Below, in pieces: positions 7,872-17,309 of a DNA stretch of 32,000 bases. A program made the translations under genes and the position numbers. Source of the DNA: Allobaculum fili (GTDB lineage Bacteria > Bacillota_I > Bacilli_A > Erysipelotrichales > Erysipelotrichaceae); contig NZ_JAHDSX010000007.1 in NCBI RefSeq assembly GCF_020969955.1, positions 1 through 32,000 of the forward strand, in the 5' to 3' direction. Numbering within the stretch: the first letter of the stretch is position 1; each line of letters starts with the position of its first letter. Below the pieces are notes generated by a model. It was not told where the DNA came from, did no database searches, and saw only the letters and a list, made by a program, of their open reading frames with translations.

Positions 7872-8871
7872 GTTCTTCAGTTAAAAGACTTTCCAGATCT
7901 TTTCTGCTTACCGACAGACTGTCGCCGTTTTTATCCTGTACGCGGATTTCCTGCAGAGCAGGGGTTAATGCCAGTATGATTTTGCAGCGGTCTTTCCAGG
8001 AATGAACCTCGGATTCAGAAAACTGATTCAGGGTGCAGTCTTCCGTTTTCCATATCCAGATTCGAGATTGTGGATCTTCCGTGTAGTCCATTGTGAAAGA
8101 GACGGGCCTGTGATCCACCGTGAAATTCGGCCAGCACAGCGGCATTCGCTGAGTGTCGCCTGGAGATCCGTTCATATACGGAGCGTAATAGCGGCCCATC
8201 GCATTAATAATCTCCCCATCCCGGTAAATGACTTCTCCCTTAAGCGTAATTTGCTGGACGGACTGCGGAAAGTCGACTTCAACGGTTTCTTTCTGGCTGA
8301 GCAGGCCGCTCCCGCCATAGAGCGTCAGTTCGCAGTTTTCATTGCTGGCGTCGCAGGCGATCTGGCTTTTTACAAATCCGATGGAAGGACTCGTACCGGC
8401 TATAACAAGAACGGTGGAGTTTCCATCCTCGCTTTGATACTGCGACCGGATGTAGACATCCTGTACCTCCAGACGGCTGCCGTGAAAAAACAGAACGCCG
8501 GACCCGATGCCAAGAACCAGACAGAGAAGGATCAGAACGGTGACGATCACCCGATTTTTTCGAAGCGTACGCCCTGTCTTTTTCAGGGCGTTTTTTACAG
8601 GAATGTCCTGTACGTCCGGGATCTCTGGGACGGGTTGACGCATCGCATCCCATTCGGCTTTGCATTTCGGACACTGATCGATATGTCTCTGGATAAACGC
8701 ACTGCTTAACGGGCTGGTCAGTCCTTCCACGTAAAGAGGAAGAAGATCCTGTACCAGTTCACATTGCGTATTGGAATCAACGAATTCCTTGTCGAAAGCC
8801 GTCTCCATATTCATTGAATTTTCTGTATTCGCATTCCTTTTATCTGGATTGTTCTCCGGTAAATTCATCAT
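7771..8871 (-). CDS. Membrane anti-sigma factor: zf-HC2 zinc finger, one TM segment, and a ~230-aa extracytoplasmic domain of unknown function
   Basis: The track ORF is 7771-8946. The preferred start is ATG 8871-8869 (MMNLPENN...), which forms an ATGA overlap with the sigma-factor stop (8868-8870). H-x3-C-x2-C motif: RHIDQCPKCKAEW. TM segment: VIVTVLILLCLVLGIGSGVLFF. Confidence 0.8.
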   Translation of the reverse strand: MMNLPENNPDKRNANTENSMNMETAFDKEFVDSNTQCELVQDLLPLYVEGLTSPLSSAFIQRHIDQCPKCKAEWDAMRQPVPEIPDVQDIPVKNALKKTGRTLRKNRVIVTVLILLCLVLGIGSGVLFFHGSRLEVQDVYIRSQYQSEDGNSTVLVIAGTSPSIGFVKSQIACDASNENCELTLYGGSGLLSQKETVEVDFPQSVQQITLKGEVIYRDGEIINAMGRYYAPYMNGSPGDTQRMPLCWPNFTVDHRPVSFTMDYTEDPQSRIWIWKTEDCTLNQFSESEVHSWKDRCKIILALTPALQEIRVQDKNGDSLSVSRKDLESLLTEEQIQNGFANEAELQRFLNEIAPADPEQIHERSRT

Positions 8872-9341
8872 TTTACATTCCCCTCTTTCCTTAGCCATAA
8901 TTCGCGAAGCTTTTCCTTGCCTCGATAAAACATCACCCGGCTCCACGTTTCGCTTCTGCCCAGTATTTCTCCGATTTCCCGATAGCTCATGAAACAGAAA
9001 ATTCTCAGATACAGGATTTCCCGGTACGGTTCAGAAAGCTCATGCAGGCATCCAAAAATGCGCAGATCCCTTTGTTTCGGATCGAAGGAGAACATTTCTT
9101 CTGCCAATGGAACATGATTCTTCTGCCGCCGCATAGCATCGCAGTACAGATTTTTTGCGATCGAGCAAAGCCATGAGGAAAGGGAACTGTTTCCCTGGAA
9201 CGTATCGATTTTCAGAGCCGCCTTCAGAAAGGTTTCCTGCATCAGGTCTTCGGATAAAGCTGGATTCTGACTGAGCGAGAGCAGATACAAGTACACCTTG
9301 CGGGAATAGGTTCTGTACATCTGATCAAGATCCTGATTCAT
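8868..9341 (-). CDS. ECF-type RNA polymerase sigma-70 family factor
   Basis: 157 aa. Region 2-like DLMQETFLKAALKIDTF...WLCSIAKN; region 4 HTH SYREIGEILGRSETWSRVMFYRGKEKL. AAAGGAGG is upstream of the ATG. The gene is translationally coupled to the downstream anti-sigma gene. Confidence 0.9.
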   Translation of the reverse strand: MNQDLDQMYRTYSRKVYLYLLSLSQNPALSEDLMQETFLKAALKIDTFQGNSSLSSWLCSIAKNLYCDAMRRQKNHVPLAEEMFSFDPKQRDLRIFGCLHELSEPYREILYLRIFCFMSYREIGEILGRSETWSRVMFYRGKEKLRELWLRKEGNVK

Positions 9342-9363
9342 CGTGTTCCTCCTTTCACTTATA

Positions 9364-9391
9364 AGACGCAGGAACGCTGTACTTTGTTACA
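9364..9391 (-). promoter_or_regulatory. Candidate ECF-type (autoregulatory) promoter: TGTAAC-N17-CGTCT
   Basis: Minus strand reads TGTAAC (9391-9386), then 17 nt, then CGTCT (9368-9364). This is ~25 nt upstream of the sigma ATG. It resembles the B. subtilis SigX/SigV/SigW-type pattern TG(T/A)AAC-N16-17-CGTC. Confidence 0.4.
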
Positions 9392-9501
9392 TTCAGGAGA
9401 GATTTATTTTCAAAATTTGAAATTTGTCTGAGGAAATCAATCATACCGCCATCCTGCTGTCTTAGAAATCCCGTATATGGAATGCAAAACGAATCCAGAA
9501 A

Positions 9502-9543
9502 GAAAAAAAGGAGGACGAATCGAGTTTACGAATTGATCCTCCT
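9502..9543 (-). terminator. Rho-independent terminator ending the nitrogen-assimilation operon
   Basis: Minus strand reads AGGAGGA, a 21-nt loop, then TCCTCCT followed by TTTTTTC (plus-strand A7 at 9503-9509). It lies 155 nt after the gltD stop. Confidence 0.6.
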
Positions 9544-9697
9544 GAAAATGGAAATGGTTTGTGGAACAGGATTTGCGCAAGAGGAATGGAGGAATCCGAT
9601 CGGGAAGGCGCAGACCTTCTCGTCAGTTCCGCGCTTTGCCGATCAGCCATTCATCTTTTTTCATCCTTCTTTTTTTCACCATTCTTTTTGACTTAGT

Positions 9698-11143
9698 CTA
9701 TTCGATATTCGAGTAGCCCATGAGGTATTCATCGACTTCTCTGGCACACTCCCGGCCTTCCATCAGCGCCCAGACGACCAGAGACTGGCCGCGACGGCAG
9801 TCGCCGCACGCGAACAGCGCGTCAGATACGCGTTTTCCGCCGGCTTCTGTTTCGATGGTGTTTCGAGCGGTAAGCGGCAGATCAAATTCGCTGGCCAGAG
9901 ACTGCGGTACGCCCACAAATCCAGCCGCGATCAGCAGCAGATCGCAGGGAAGCGTCTGTTCTGTACCTTCAATCGGTTTAAAGCCCGGACCAACTTCTAC
10001 GGTCGTTACGCTTTCAATATGCCCGTCCTGTTCGGTAATGGAGGCGATCGTCGTCTGGAAACGACGCGGATCTTCTCCAAATCGTTCTATAGCTTCTTTT
10101 TGCCCGTAATCGGTTTTCAGGACTTTGGGCCATTCCGGCCATGGATTGTTTTCAGCGCGGTGCAGCGGCGGCTTGGGCATCATTTCCAGAGCAGTAACGG
10201 ATTTGCAGTGCTGACGAAGAACGGTTCCTGTGCAGTCATTTCCCGTATCCCCGCCGCCGACGATAATCACGTTTTTGTCTTTGGCCGAAATCAGAAAATC
10301 GGTACCGGCCAGAACATCCTTAGTCGTCTGCCGCAAAAAATCGACCGCATAATATACGCCGCCAAGCGCCGTGTCGACTCCATTCAGACTGCGCGGCACG
10401 ATGCTGCCGGCTGCCAGAACGATCGCGTCGTACTGCGTTTTTAGCTGTTCAAAGGAAATGTCCCTGCCGGCTTCTACGCCGCAAAGAAAAGCCACGCCTT
10501 CCTGTTCGAGCAGATGGATGCGCCGTTCAACGACTGACTTGTCGAGTTTCATGTTGGGAATGCCGTACATCAGAAGTCCGCCAGGACGATCGTCCTTTTC
10601 ATAGACATCCACAAAGTGACCGCGCCGATTGAGATAGTTTGCGCAGCTCAGACCGGAAGGACCGGAACCGATGATCGCCACGCGCTTTCCGGTCTGTTCC
10701 TCAATTTCGGCCGGCTTGACCCAGCCGTTTTTAAACCCGTTTTCAATAATGAAAAACTCGTTGTCATGAACCGTGGTCGGCTGTGAATCGATGCCGTTGA
10801 TGCACGCCTTTTCACAGAGCGCAGGGCAGATCCGGCTGGTAAATTCAGGAAACGGGTTCGTTTTCAAAAGCCGGATGAGGGCGTACTGATCGTTTTTGAG
10901 GGCGAGCTGTTCGTTCCATTCCGGAATGAGATTGTGAAGCGGACAGCCTGTCGTCATTCCGTTCAGGGAAATCGCGGACTGACAGAACGGAACGCCGCAG
11001 TGCATGCAGCGCGCCGCCTGTTCTCTTCTTCGGCTTTCGTCTAAGGGACGATGAAATTCGCCAAACGTTTTCAAACGTTCGGATTCCGGAAGAATCGGGT
11101 CATCCTGCCTGGTGTATTCAAGAAATCCAAAGTTCTTTTCCAT
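9698..11143 (-). CDS. gltD: Glutamate synthase (NADPH) small subunit
   Basis: The track ORF is 9698-11227. The preferred start is ATG 11143-11141 (MEKNFGFLEY...), 16 nt after the gltB stop and preceded by AAAGGA. Fe-S cysteine clusters: CMHCGVPFC, CPLHNLIPEW, CPALCEKAC. Dinucleotide folds: VAIIGSGPSGLSCA and VIIVGGGDTGNDC. Confidence 0.92.
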   Translation of the reverse strand: MEKNFGFLEYTRQDDPILPESERLKTFGEFHRPLDESRRREQAARCMHCGVPFCQSAISLNGMTTGCPLHNLIPEWNEQLALKNDQYALIRLLKTNPFPEFTSRICPALCEKACINGIDSQPTTVHDNEFFIIENGFKNGWVKPAEIEEQTGKRVAIIGSGPSGLSCANYLNRRGHFVDVYEKDDRPGGLLMYGIPNMKLDKSVVERRIHLLEQEGVAFLCGVEAGRDISFEQLKTQYDAIVLAAGSIVPRSLNGVDTALGGVYYAVDFLRQTTKDVLAGTDFLISAKDKNVIIVGGGDTGNDCTGTVLRQHCKSVTALEMMPKPPLHRAENNPWPEWPKVLKTDYGQKEAIERFGEDPRRFQTTIASITEQDGHIESVTTVEVGPGFKPIEGTEQTLPCDLLLIAAGFVGVPQSLASEFDLPLTARNTIETEAGGKRVSDALFACGDCRRGQSLVVWALMEGRECAREVDEYLMGYSNIE

Positions 11144-11159
11144 AGTGACATCGTCCTTT

Positions 11160-14100
11160 CTAGTGCGGATAGGCCATCTCAAAGGCTTTGAGAGCGGCTT
11201 CCTGTTCGCTGTAGCCCAGATCTTCAAGCGCCTTGATATCTGTGCGGATTTTCTGGTAATCGCGCGGCACGATTTTCTTGAACTGATCGAGCTTCGTCCG
11301 ATAGTCCTTTAAAAGCGATGCGGCTAAAGGACTGCCGGTCGCTTTCACATGGTCTTTAAGAATGGCTTCAAGGGCCTCAATATCGGTTTTGCTTTCCAGC
11401 ATTTCCAGATCGACAAGTTCCGGGTTCACATGGAGATACAGCTCATGCTCTCGATCGAGCACGTAGGCGATGCCGCCGCTCATGCCGGCCGCAAAGTTTT
11501 TGCCGACCGGACCTAAAACCACGGCCGTTCCGCCAGTCATGTATTCGAGTCCGTGATCGCCGCAGCCCTCACAGACCGCCACGGCGCCAGAGTTTCGAAC
11601 GCAGAAGCGTTCGCCGGCTTTTCCGTTGATGAACGCTTTGCCCGAAGTGGCTCCATAAAGCGCCACATTGCCGATGATCACATTTTCTTCCGGTTTAAAG
11701 CCGGAAACTTTTGGCGGATAAATGGCCAGCGTACCGCCAGAAAGACCTTTTCCAAGGTAATCGTTGGCATCGCCTTCACATTCCAGGCGGAGCCCTTGCG
11801 GAATGAACGCGCCAAAGGACTGTCCGGCACCGCCATGCGCCCGTACGGTAATCAGATCTTCGTCCAGCGTTTCGCCTTTGGCTAAAGAGCGGGTCATTTC
11901 ACTGCCAAGAATCGTGCCAAAGGTGCGGTTGGTCGAACAGATGTCGACATCCATCTCACACGCTTTTCTGCGTTTCAGATTTTTGCGCAGCGCAGGAAGG
12001 AGCACATCCACATCCAGACTCTGTTCGAGATGAAAATCAAACGCCTGACCGCTTTGATGATGGATCGGTTCAATGCCTTTGAGAAGATCATCAAGATGAG
12101 CAAGTTCGGCGCGTTCGAGTGCCTGCGTATTTCGGACTTTCAGACAGCTGGCCGCCTGACCAACCATTTCATCGAGCGTCGCAAAGCCCAGTTCAGCCAT
12201 GATTTCGCGCAGTTCCATGGCGGTAAAACGCATGAAGTTCATGACGTATTCCGGTTTGCCCTTAAAGCGCTTGCGCAGTTCTTCGTTCTGAGTCGCAATG
12301 CCAAACGGACACGTATCGAGTGAGCAGACGCGCATCATGCGGCAGCCCATGGATACGAGCGGAGCCGTCGCAAAGCCAAATTCTTCCGCGCCAAGTAACG
12401 CCGCGATGGCGACATCGATTCCGCTCATGAGCTTGCCGTCCGTTTCGAGAATCACCTGCTGACGCAGACCATTGGCACTCAGTTCCTTATGCGACTGAAT
12501 GAGACCGAGCTCCCAGGGAAGACCTGCATGATGGATCGAACTCTGGCCGGCAGCGCCGGTACCGCCGTCGTAGCCGGAAATCAGGATGACCGCCGCACCG
12601 GCCTTGGCGACACCGCAGGCGACGGTGCCTACCCCGTTTTCCGAACAGAGCTTGACGGAAATTCTGGCGTCTCGATTCGCGTTTTTCAAATCGAAAATGA
12701 GCTGGGCGAGATCTTCAATCGAGTAAATATCGTGGTGAGGAGGCGGAGAAATCAGCGTTACGCCTGGCGTGGAACAGCGCGTTTTCGCGATCCACGGATA
12801 CACTTTGCCGCCTGGCAGATGACCGCCTTCGCCCGGCTTGGCGCCCTGCGCCATCTTGATCTGAATTTCGCTGGCGGAGCAGAGATAGGCGGAATCGACG
12901 CCAAAGCGGCCGGAAGCAACCTGCTTAATGGCGGAATTGCGCAAGGTTCCATAGCGTTCGGGCCGTTCGCCGCCTTCCCCGGAGTTCGAACGGCCGCCCA
13001 GACGGTTCATGGCTTCCGCCATGCATTCGTGCGCTTCCTGAGAAATGGACCCATACGACATGGCCCCCGTTTTAAAGCGTTTCACGATCGATTCAACGGG
13101 TTCGACATCTTCCAGCGGAATCGATGGACGGCTTCCCTCAAAACAAAGAAGGTTGCGCAGGTTATGGGGTGCATTTTCGTCATGAATCCGTTTCGAATAC
13201 GCTTTGAACAAGTCATAATCCCCGGTCTGCACTGCGCTCTGGAGCATAACAATCGCTTCTGGAGAATACAGGTGGTCTTCCTTGCCTTTGCCCGAGCGCA
13301 GCTTATGAAAGCCGATCGAATCGAGAGACGTATTGGCGCGCAATCCGAGCGGATCGAAGGCACGGGCGTGGCGCCAGAGCAGATCTTCTTCGATTTCCTT
13401 CAGACCAATACCGCCGATTTCGTACTGCGTATTCGTGAAGTACGCGTCGATAACGTCTTTGGAAATACCTACGGCTTCAAAAATCTGAGCACCCTGATAC
13501 GACTGGAGGGTGGAAATGCCCATTTTGGCGGCAATTTTGACGATGCCCGAAAGGACCGCCTGATTGTAGTCTTCGATGGCTTTGGAAGGTTCCTTATCGA
13601 GAATGTCCTTGTCGATCAGCTCTTCGATGCATTCGTGGGCGAGATACGGATAAATGCCGCTGGCACCAAAACCGAGCAAAGCCGCAAATTCATGGACCGT
13701 TTTCGGCTCGCCGCTTTCGAGAAGAATCGACATGGCCGTCTTCTTTTTCGTAGCGACCAGATGCTGTTCAAGGGCCGAAACCGCAAGCAGACTCGGAATC
13801 GCCATATGGCTTTCGTCCACGCCCTGGTCGGAAAGAATCAGAATCGAACAGCCGTCTCGGTATGCCCGGTCGCATTCGATAAACAGCTGATCGAGCGCGT
13901 CCTTGAGGGGCATTCCTTTGTAAAAGAGCAGGGAAATGACGCGGGATTTCAGTCCCGGCTGATTGAGACTGCGAATTTTGTCCATGTCGCTGGCATCGAG
14001 AATGGGATGATTGATTTCCAGCAGTGCGCAGTTGCCGGCTTTTTCTTCGAGAAGATTTCCAGAAGAACCAATATAGATGGTCGTATCGGTAACGACTTTT

Positions 14101-15656
14101 TCGCGCAGCGAATCGATCGGCGGATTGGTGACCTGCGCGAACAGCTGCTTGAAATAATGAAAGAGCGTGGGATGAAGTTTCGAGAGCAGCGCTAACGGAA
14201 CATCGGTTCCCATGGAAGCAATCGGTTCTTTTGCTTCTCTGGCCATCGGCAAAATCTGATCGTTCACATCTTCGTAAGTGTAGCCGAAATTGCGGTACAG
14301 TTCGTCGCGCAGTTTCTGCTCGTGCATCTGCGGTTTTCGATCGCGCGATTTGAGATCTTCGAGATGCATGAGTTTCAGGCTCAGCCATTCGCCATACGGG
14401 TGAGAACTGGCGTAGCGCGCTTTCAGTTCTTCATCAGGAATCAGGCGGCCTTCCTTCGTATCGATCAGCAGCATTCGGCCGGGCATCAGCCGCGATTTTT
14501 CGACGATCTGATCCGGTTCAATATCGAGTACGCCGACTTCCGAAGAAAGAATGAACTGCCCGTCTTTGGTGATGTAGTAGCGCGCTGGACGCAGACCGTT
14601 TCGATCAAGAACTGCCCCGCACACTTCGCCATCGGAAAACAGAATGGCCGCTGGACCGTCCCAGGGTTCCATCATGGTCGCGTAGTAGTGATAAAAGTCC
14701 TTGCGCTTTGGATCCATCGGGACATGCTTCCACGGTTCGGGAATGCAGATTGCAACCGCCTTGGCCAGATCCATGCCGTTCATCGTCAGAAATTCGAGTG
14801 TATTGTCGAGCATGGCTGAATCGGATCCATCCGGATTAATGACGGGAAGGACTTTTTTATACTGGGTGTCGATCAGCGGACTCGTCATGCTTTCTTCACG
14901 CGCCAGCATGCGGTTTGCATTGCCGCGAATTGTGTTGATTTCGCCGTTGTGCGCAATCATCCGGTTGGGATGCGCGCGTTTCCAGCTTGGTTTTGTGTTG
15001 GTCGAAAAGCGGGAATGCACGATTGCGATAGCACTCTGATAGTCTTCCGACTGCAGATCCAGATAAAACCGCCGCAGCTGATCCACTAAAAACATGCCTT
15101 TGTAGACGATCGTCCGGCAGGAAAGCGACGCGACGTATGTGTGCGGACAGCTCTTTTCAAACTCGCGGCGAAGCACATAGAGCAGACGATCAAAGTCCTT
15201 GCGCGTCTTTACTGTATCTGGCGCTTTGAGAAACGCCTGCCAGATGGAGGGCATGCATTCTTTTGCGGGTTCGCCAAGAATTTCTTCCTGAACGGGCACC
15301 TTTCGCCAGCCCAGAAACGTACAGTCTTCCTTGCGGGCCATCGTCACAAACAGCTTTTTGGCCTGGTTTCGTTCGAGTTCATTTTGCGGAAAGAAAAACA
15401 TGCCGATGCCGGTACGGCCATTGGGGACGTAGTCGATATCGATCTGCCGGCAGGCCTTGGTGAAAAAGGTATCGCTGACCTGCAGAAGAATGCCGACTCC
15501 ATCGCCTACCGTTCCGCTGGCATCTTTTCCGGCGCGGTGTTCGAGCTTTTCGACAATATGGAGCGCCTGGTCGACAACGTGATGGGAAGGCGTACCGTCC
15601 ATCTGACAGACGGTACCGATGCCGCAGGCATCGTGTTCTTTCAGGAATTCATTCAT
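11160..15656 (-). CDS. gltB: Glutamate synthase large subunit
   Basis: 1498 aa. Ntn amidotransferase N-terminus MNEFLKEHDA-CGIG. FMN/synthase-domain blocks ISGYDGGTGAA and GAEEFGFATAPL. C-terminal GXGXG beta-helix repeats (GNVALYGATSGKAFINGKAGERF). The start lies 13 nt after the asnB stop. Confidence 0.95.
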   Translation of the reverse strand: MNEFLKEHDACGIGTVCQMDGTPSHHVVDQALHIVEKLEHRAGKDASGTVGDGVGILLQVSDTFFTKACRQIDIDYVPNGRTGIGMFFFPQNELERNQAKKLFVTMARKEDCTFLGWRKVPVQEEILGEPAKECMPSIWQAFLKAPDTVKTRKDFDRLLYVLRREFEKSCPHTYVASLSCRTIVYKGMFLVDQLRRFYLDLQSEDYQSAIAIVHSRFSTNTKPSWKRAHPNRMIAHNGEINTIRGNANRMLAREESMTSPLIDTQYKKVLPVINPDGSDSAMLDNTLEFLTMNGMDLAKAVAICIPEPWKHVPMDPKRKDFYHYYATMMEPWDGPAAILFSDGEVCGAVLDRNGLRPARYYITKDGQFILSSEVGVLDIEPDQIVEKSRLMPGRMLLIDTKEGRLIPDEELKARYASSHPYGEWLSLKLMHLEDLKSRDRKPQMHEQKLRDELYRNFGYTYEDVNDQILPMAREAKEPIASMGTDVPLALLSKLHPTLFHYFKQLFAQVTNPPIDSLREKVVTDTTIYIGSSGNLLEEKAGNCALLEINHPILDASDMDKIRSLNQPGLKSRVISLLFYKGMPLKDALDQLFIECDRAYRDGCSILILSDQGVDESHMAIPSLLAVSALEQHLVATKKKTAMSILLESGEPKTVHEFAALLGFGASGIYPYLAHECIEELIDKDILDKEPSKAIEDYNQAVLSGIVKIAAKMGISTLQSYQGAQIFEAVGISKDVIDAYFTNTQYEIGGIGLKEIEEDLLWRHARAFDPLGLRANTSLDSIGFHKLRSGKGKEDHLYSPEAIVMLQSAVQTGDYDLFKAYSKRIHDENAPHNLRNLLCFEGSRPSIPLEDVEPVESIVKRFKTGAMSYGSISQEAHECMAEAMNRLGGRSNSGEGGERPERYGTLRNSAIKQVASGRFGVDSAYLCSASEIQIKMAQGAKPGEGGHLPGGKVYPWIAKTRCSTPGVTLISPPPHHDIYSIEDLAQLIFDLKNANRDARISVKLCSENGVGTVACGVAKAGAAVILISGYDGGTGAAGQSSIHHAGLPWELGLIQSHKELSANGLRQQVILETDGKLMSGIDVAIAALLGAEEFGFATAPLVSMGCRMMRVCSLDTCPFGIATQNEELRKRFKGKPEYVMNFMRFTAMELREIMAELGFATLDEMVGQAASCLKVRNTQALERAELAHLDDLLKGIEPIHHQSGQAFDFHLEQSLDVDVLLPALRKNLKRRKACEMDVDICSTNRTFGTILGSEMTRSLAKGETLDEDLITVRAHGGAGQSFGAFIPQGLRLECEGDANDYLGKGLSGGTLAIYPPKVSGFKPEENVIIGNVALYGATSGKAFINGKAGERFCVRNSGAVAVCEGCGDHGLEYMTGGTAVVLGPVGKNFAAGMSGGIAYVLDREHELYLHVNPELVDLEMLESKTDIEALEAILKDHVKATGSPLAASLLKDYRTKLDQFKKIVPRDYQKIRTDIKALEDLGYSEQEAALKAFEMAYPH

Positions 15657-15669
15657 AAGGATTTCCTTT

Positions 15670-17253
15670 CTAGCTTCCGCTTTCCCCGTAGTTGGAAAGC
15701 ACGCGGGCGGAGGGATCTTTCACATCGCATCCCTTCCAGTTTTTATTGGGCATCCAGAAATCGACAATCATCTGCGACTGGCCTGGATAGTGTTTTTCAA
15801 ACAGTTCGCGATACAGCAGCGACTCCTTGGTAAAGGGCATCGCATGCGTATACTGCTGTCTCTTTTCTTCGAATTCTTCATCGGTATATCGTTCTTCGGC
15901 ATACGCTTTGAGATCATCGGCCATCGAATGGCCGACCGCATCCGAGAACGCGGCTTTCTGACGGAAGAGAATGGACTCAGGAAGCAGATGATCCTCTTCA
16001 AAAGCATGACGCAGAAGGTATTTGCCGATGCCGTACGTATTCATCTTTCTGGCCGGATCGACGGCCATTACGTAGGAGACGAAATCGAGATCTCCAAAGG
16101 GGACCCGGGCTTCCATGGAATGGGTGGAAATGCACCGGTCGGCTCGCAGAACGTCATACATATGCAGCTCGCGTACACGCTTCTCGCTTTCTTTCTGGAA
16201 TTCTTCAGGGGAGGGGGCGAAGTCGGTGTATTTGTACCCGAACAGCTCATCGGAAATCTCACCGGTCAGAAGCACGCGGATATCGCTCATTTCCCGGATC
16301 TTTTTGCAGAGGAGATACATACCCATGGACGCGCGGATCGTTGTGATATCAAACGTAGCCAGTTCGGCAATGACTTCTTCCAGAGAGGAGAGCACTTCCT
16401 CTTTGGTCATGATCAGTTCGTGATGATTACTTCCGATAAATTCAGCGACCTGTCTTGCGTATTTGAGATCGATCGCATCGTCTTCCATGCCGATCGCAAA
16501 CGTTTCGATCGGACGGTCCATCTGTCTGGCGGCAATGGTGCAGACCAGAGAGGAATCGAGTCCTCCGGAAAGGAGGAAACCGACGGGCATATCCGCATCC
16601 AGGCGTTTCAGCACGCCGTCAATCAGCCGGTCATGAATGGTTTTGCAGATCGTTTCAAGATCATCGTCAATCACGGCATCCACCTGACTCATGTCACGAT
16701 AACAGATGAACTGACCGTCTTTGTAAAAATGTCCGGGCGGGAAGGGATAAATCGTTTCGACCAGCCCTTCCAGGTTTTTGGCTTCTGAGGCAAAGCAGAT
16801 TTCGCCGTATGGGGTATAGCCGTAATGCAGAGGACGAATGCCGATCGGATCGCGGGCAGCGATCAGCGATTTCGACTGGCCATCGTAAATCACGCACGCA
16901 AATTCCGCATCAAGCTGTTCAAACATCCCGGTGCCGTATTCTTCGTAAAGAGGAAGCAGAATTTCGCAGTCAGAATCGGAATGGAAGGCATAGCCTCTGG
17001 CCGCCAGTTCGCTTTTGATTTTTCGAAACCCGTAAATTTCGCCATTGCAGACCAGCGCATTTTCGCCAAGAAAGAAGGGCTGCATGCCTGAAGCGTCAGG
17101 GCCCATAATGGACAGCCGCTGGAATCCAAGCACTGCGCCATCGAGTACAACGACCTTCGTGTCATCCGGTCCGCGGGTTTCCGTTTTCTTCAAAGCCGCT
17201 TCGATTGCATCAGCATTCGGATGATAAGTCTGTACGGAAAAAACTGTGCACAT
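15670..17253 (-). CDS. asnB: Asparagine synthase (glutamine-hydrolysing)
   Basis: The track ORF is 15670-17388. The preferred start is ATG 17253-17251, giving MCTVFSV... with the class-II amidotransferase Cys2. AAGGAG is upstream. PP-loop: FLLSGGLDSSLV. Confidence 0.9.
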   Translation of the reverse strand: MCTVFSVQTYHPNADAIEAALKKTETRGPDDTKVVVLDGAVLGFQRLSIMGPDASGMQPFFLGENALVCNGEIYGFRKIKSELAARGYAFHSDSDCEILLPLYEEYGTGMFEQLDAEFACVIYDGQSKSLIAARDPIGIRPLHYGYTPYGEICFASEAKNLEGLVETIYPFPPGHFYKDGQFICYRDMSQVDAVIDDDLETICKTIHDRLIDGVLKRLDADMPVGFLLSGGLDSSLVCTIAARQMDRPIETFAIGMEDDAIDLKYARQVAEFIGSNHHELIMTKEEVLSSLEEVIAELATFDITTIRASMGMYLLCKKIREMSDIRVLLTGEISDELFGYKYTDFAPSPEEFQKESEKRVRELHMYDVLRADRCISTHSMEARVPFGDLDFVSYVMAVDPARKMNTYGIGKYLLRHAFEEDHLLPESILFRQKAAFSDAVGHSMADDLKAYAEERYTDEEFEEKRQQYTHAMPFTKESLLYRELFEKHYPGQSQMIVDFWMPNKNWKGCDVKDPSARVLSNYGESGS

Positions 17254-17274
17254 AAGATTCTCCTTAAAAATGGG

Positions 17275-17304
17275 TGAAAGAAAACAAGCGGCAGAGCCGC
17301 TTGT
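17275..17304 (-). terminator. Intra-operon hairpin plus U-tract between the type III GS gene and asnB (partial terminator or attenuator)
   Basis: Minus strand reads ACAAGCGG-CTCTG-CCGCTTGT followed by TTTCTTTC. It sits in the 56-nt gap between the GS stop (17310) and the asnB start (17253). Confidence 0.45.
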
Positions 17305-17309
17305 GAAAT

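Noticed and set aside
12489-14195. 568-aa plus-strand ORF, the longest of a set of long ORFs antisense to real genes. The others are 15619-16788+, 28484-29755-, 30934-31911+, 4772-5515+, 8002-8709+, 6767-7387+ and 22706-23296-.
   Set aside because: Each lies entirely inside, and antisense to, a gene with unambiguous family motifs (gltB, asnB, GH13, pyrG, adhesin, anti-sigma, TrxR-like, GH1). Their translations are R/F/G/I-rich with no recognisable motifs, RBS or start context. This is the classic shadow-ORF effect of codon bias.
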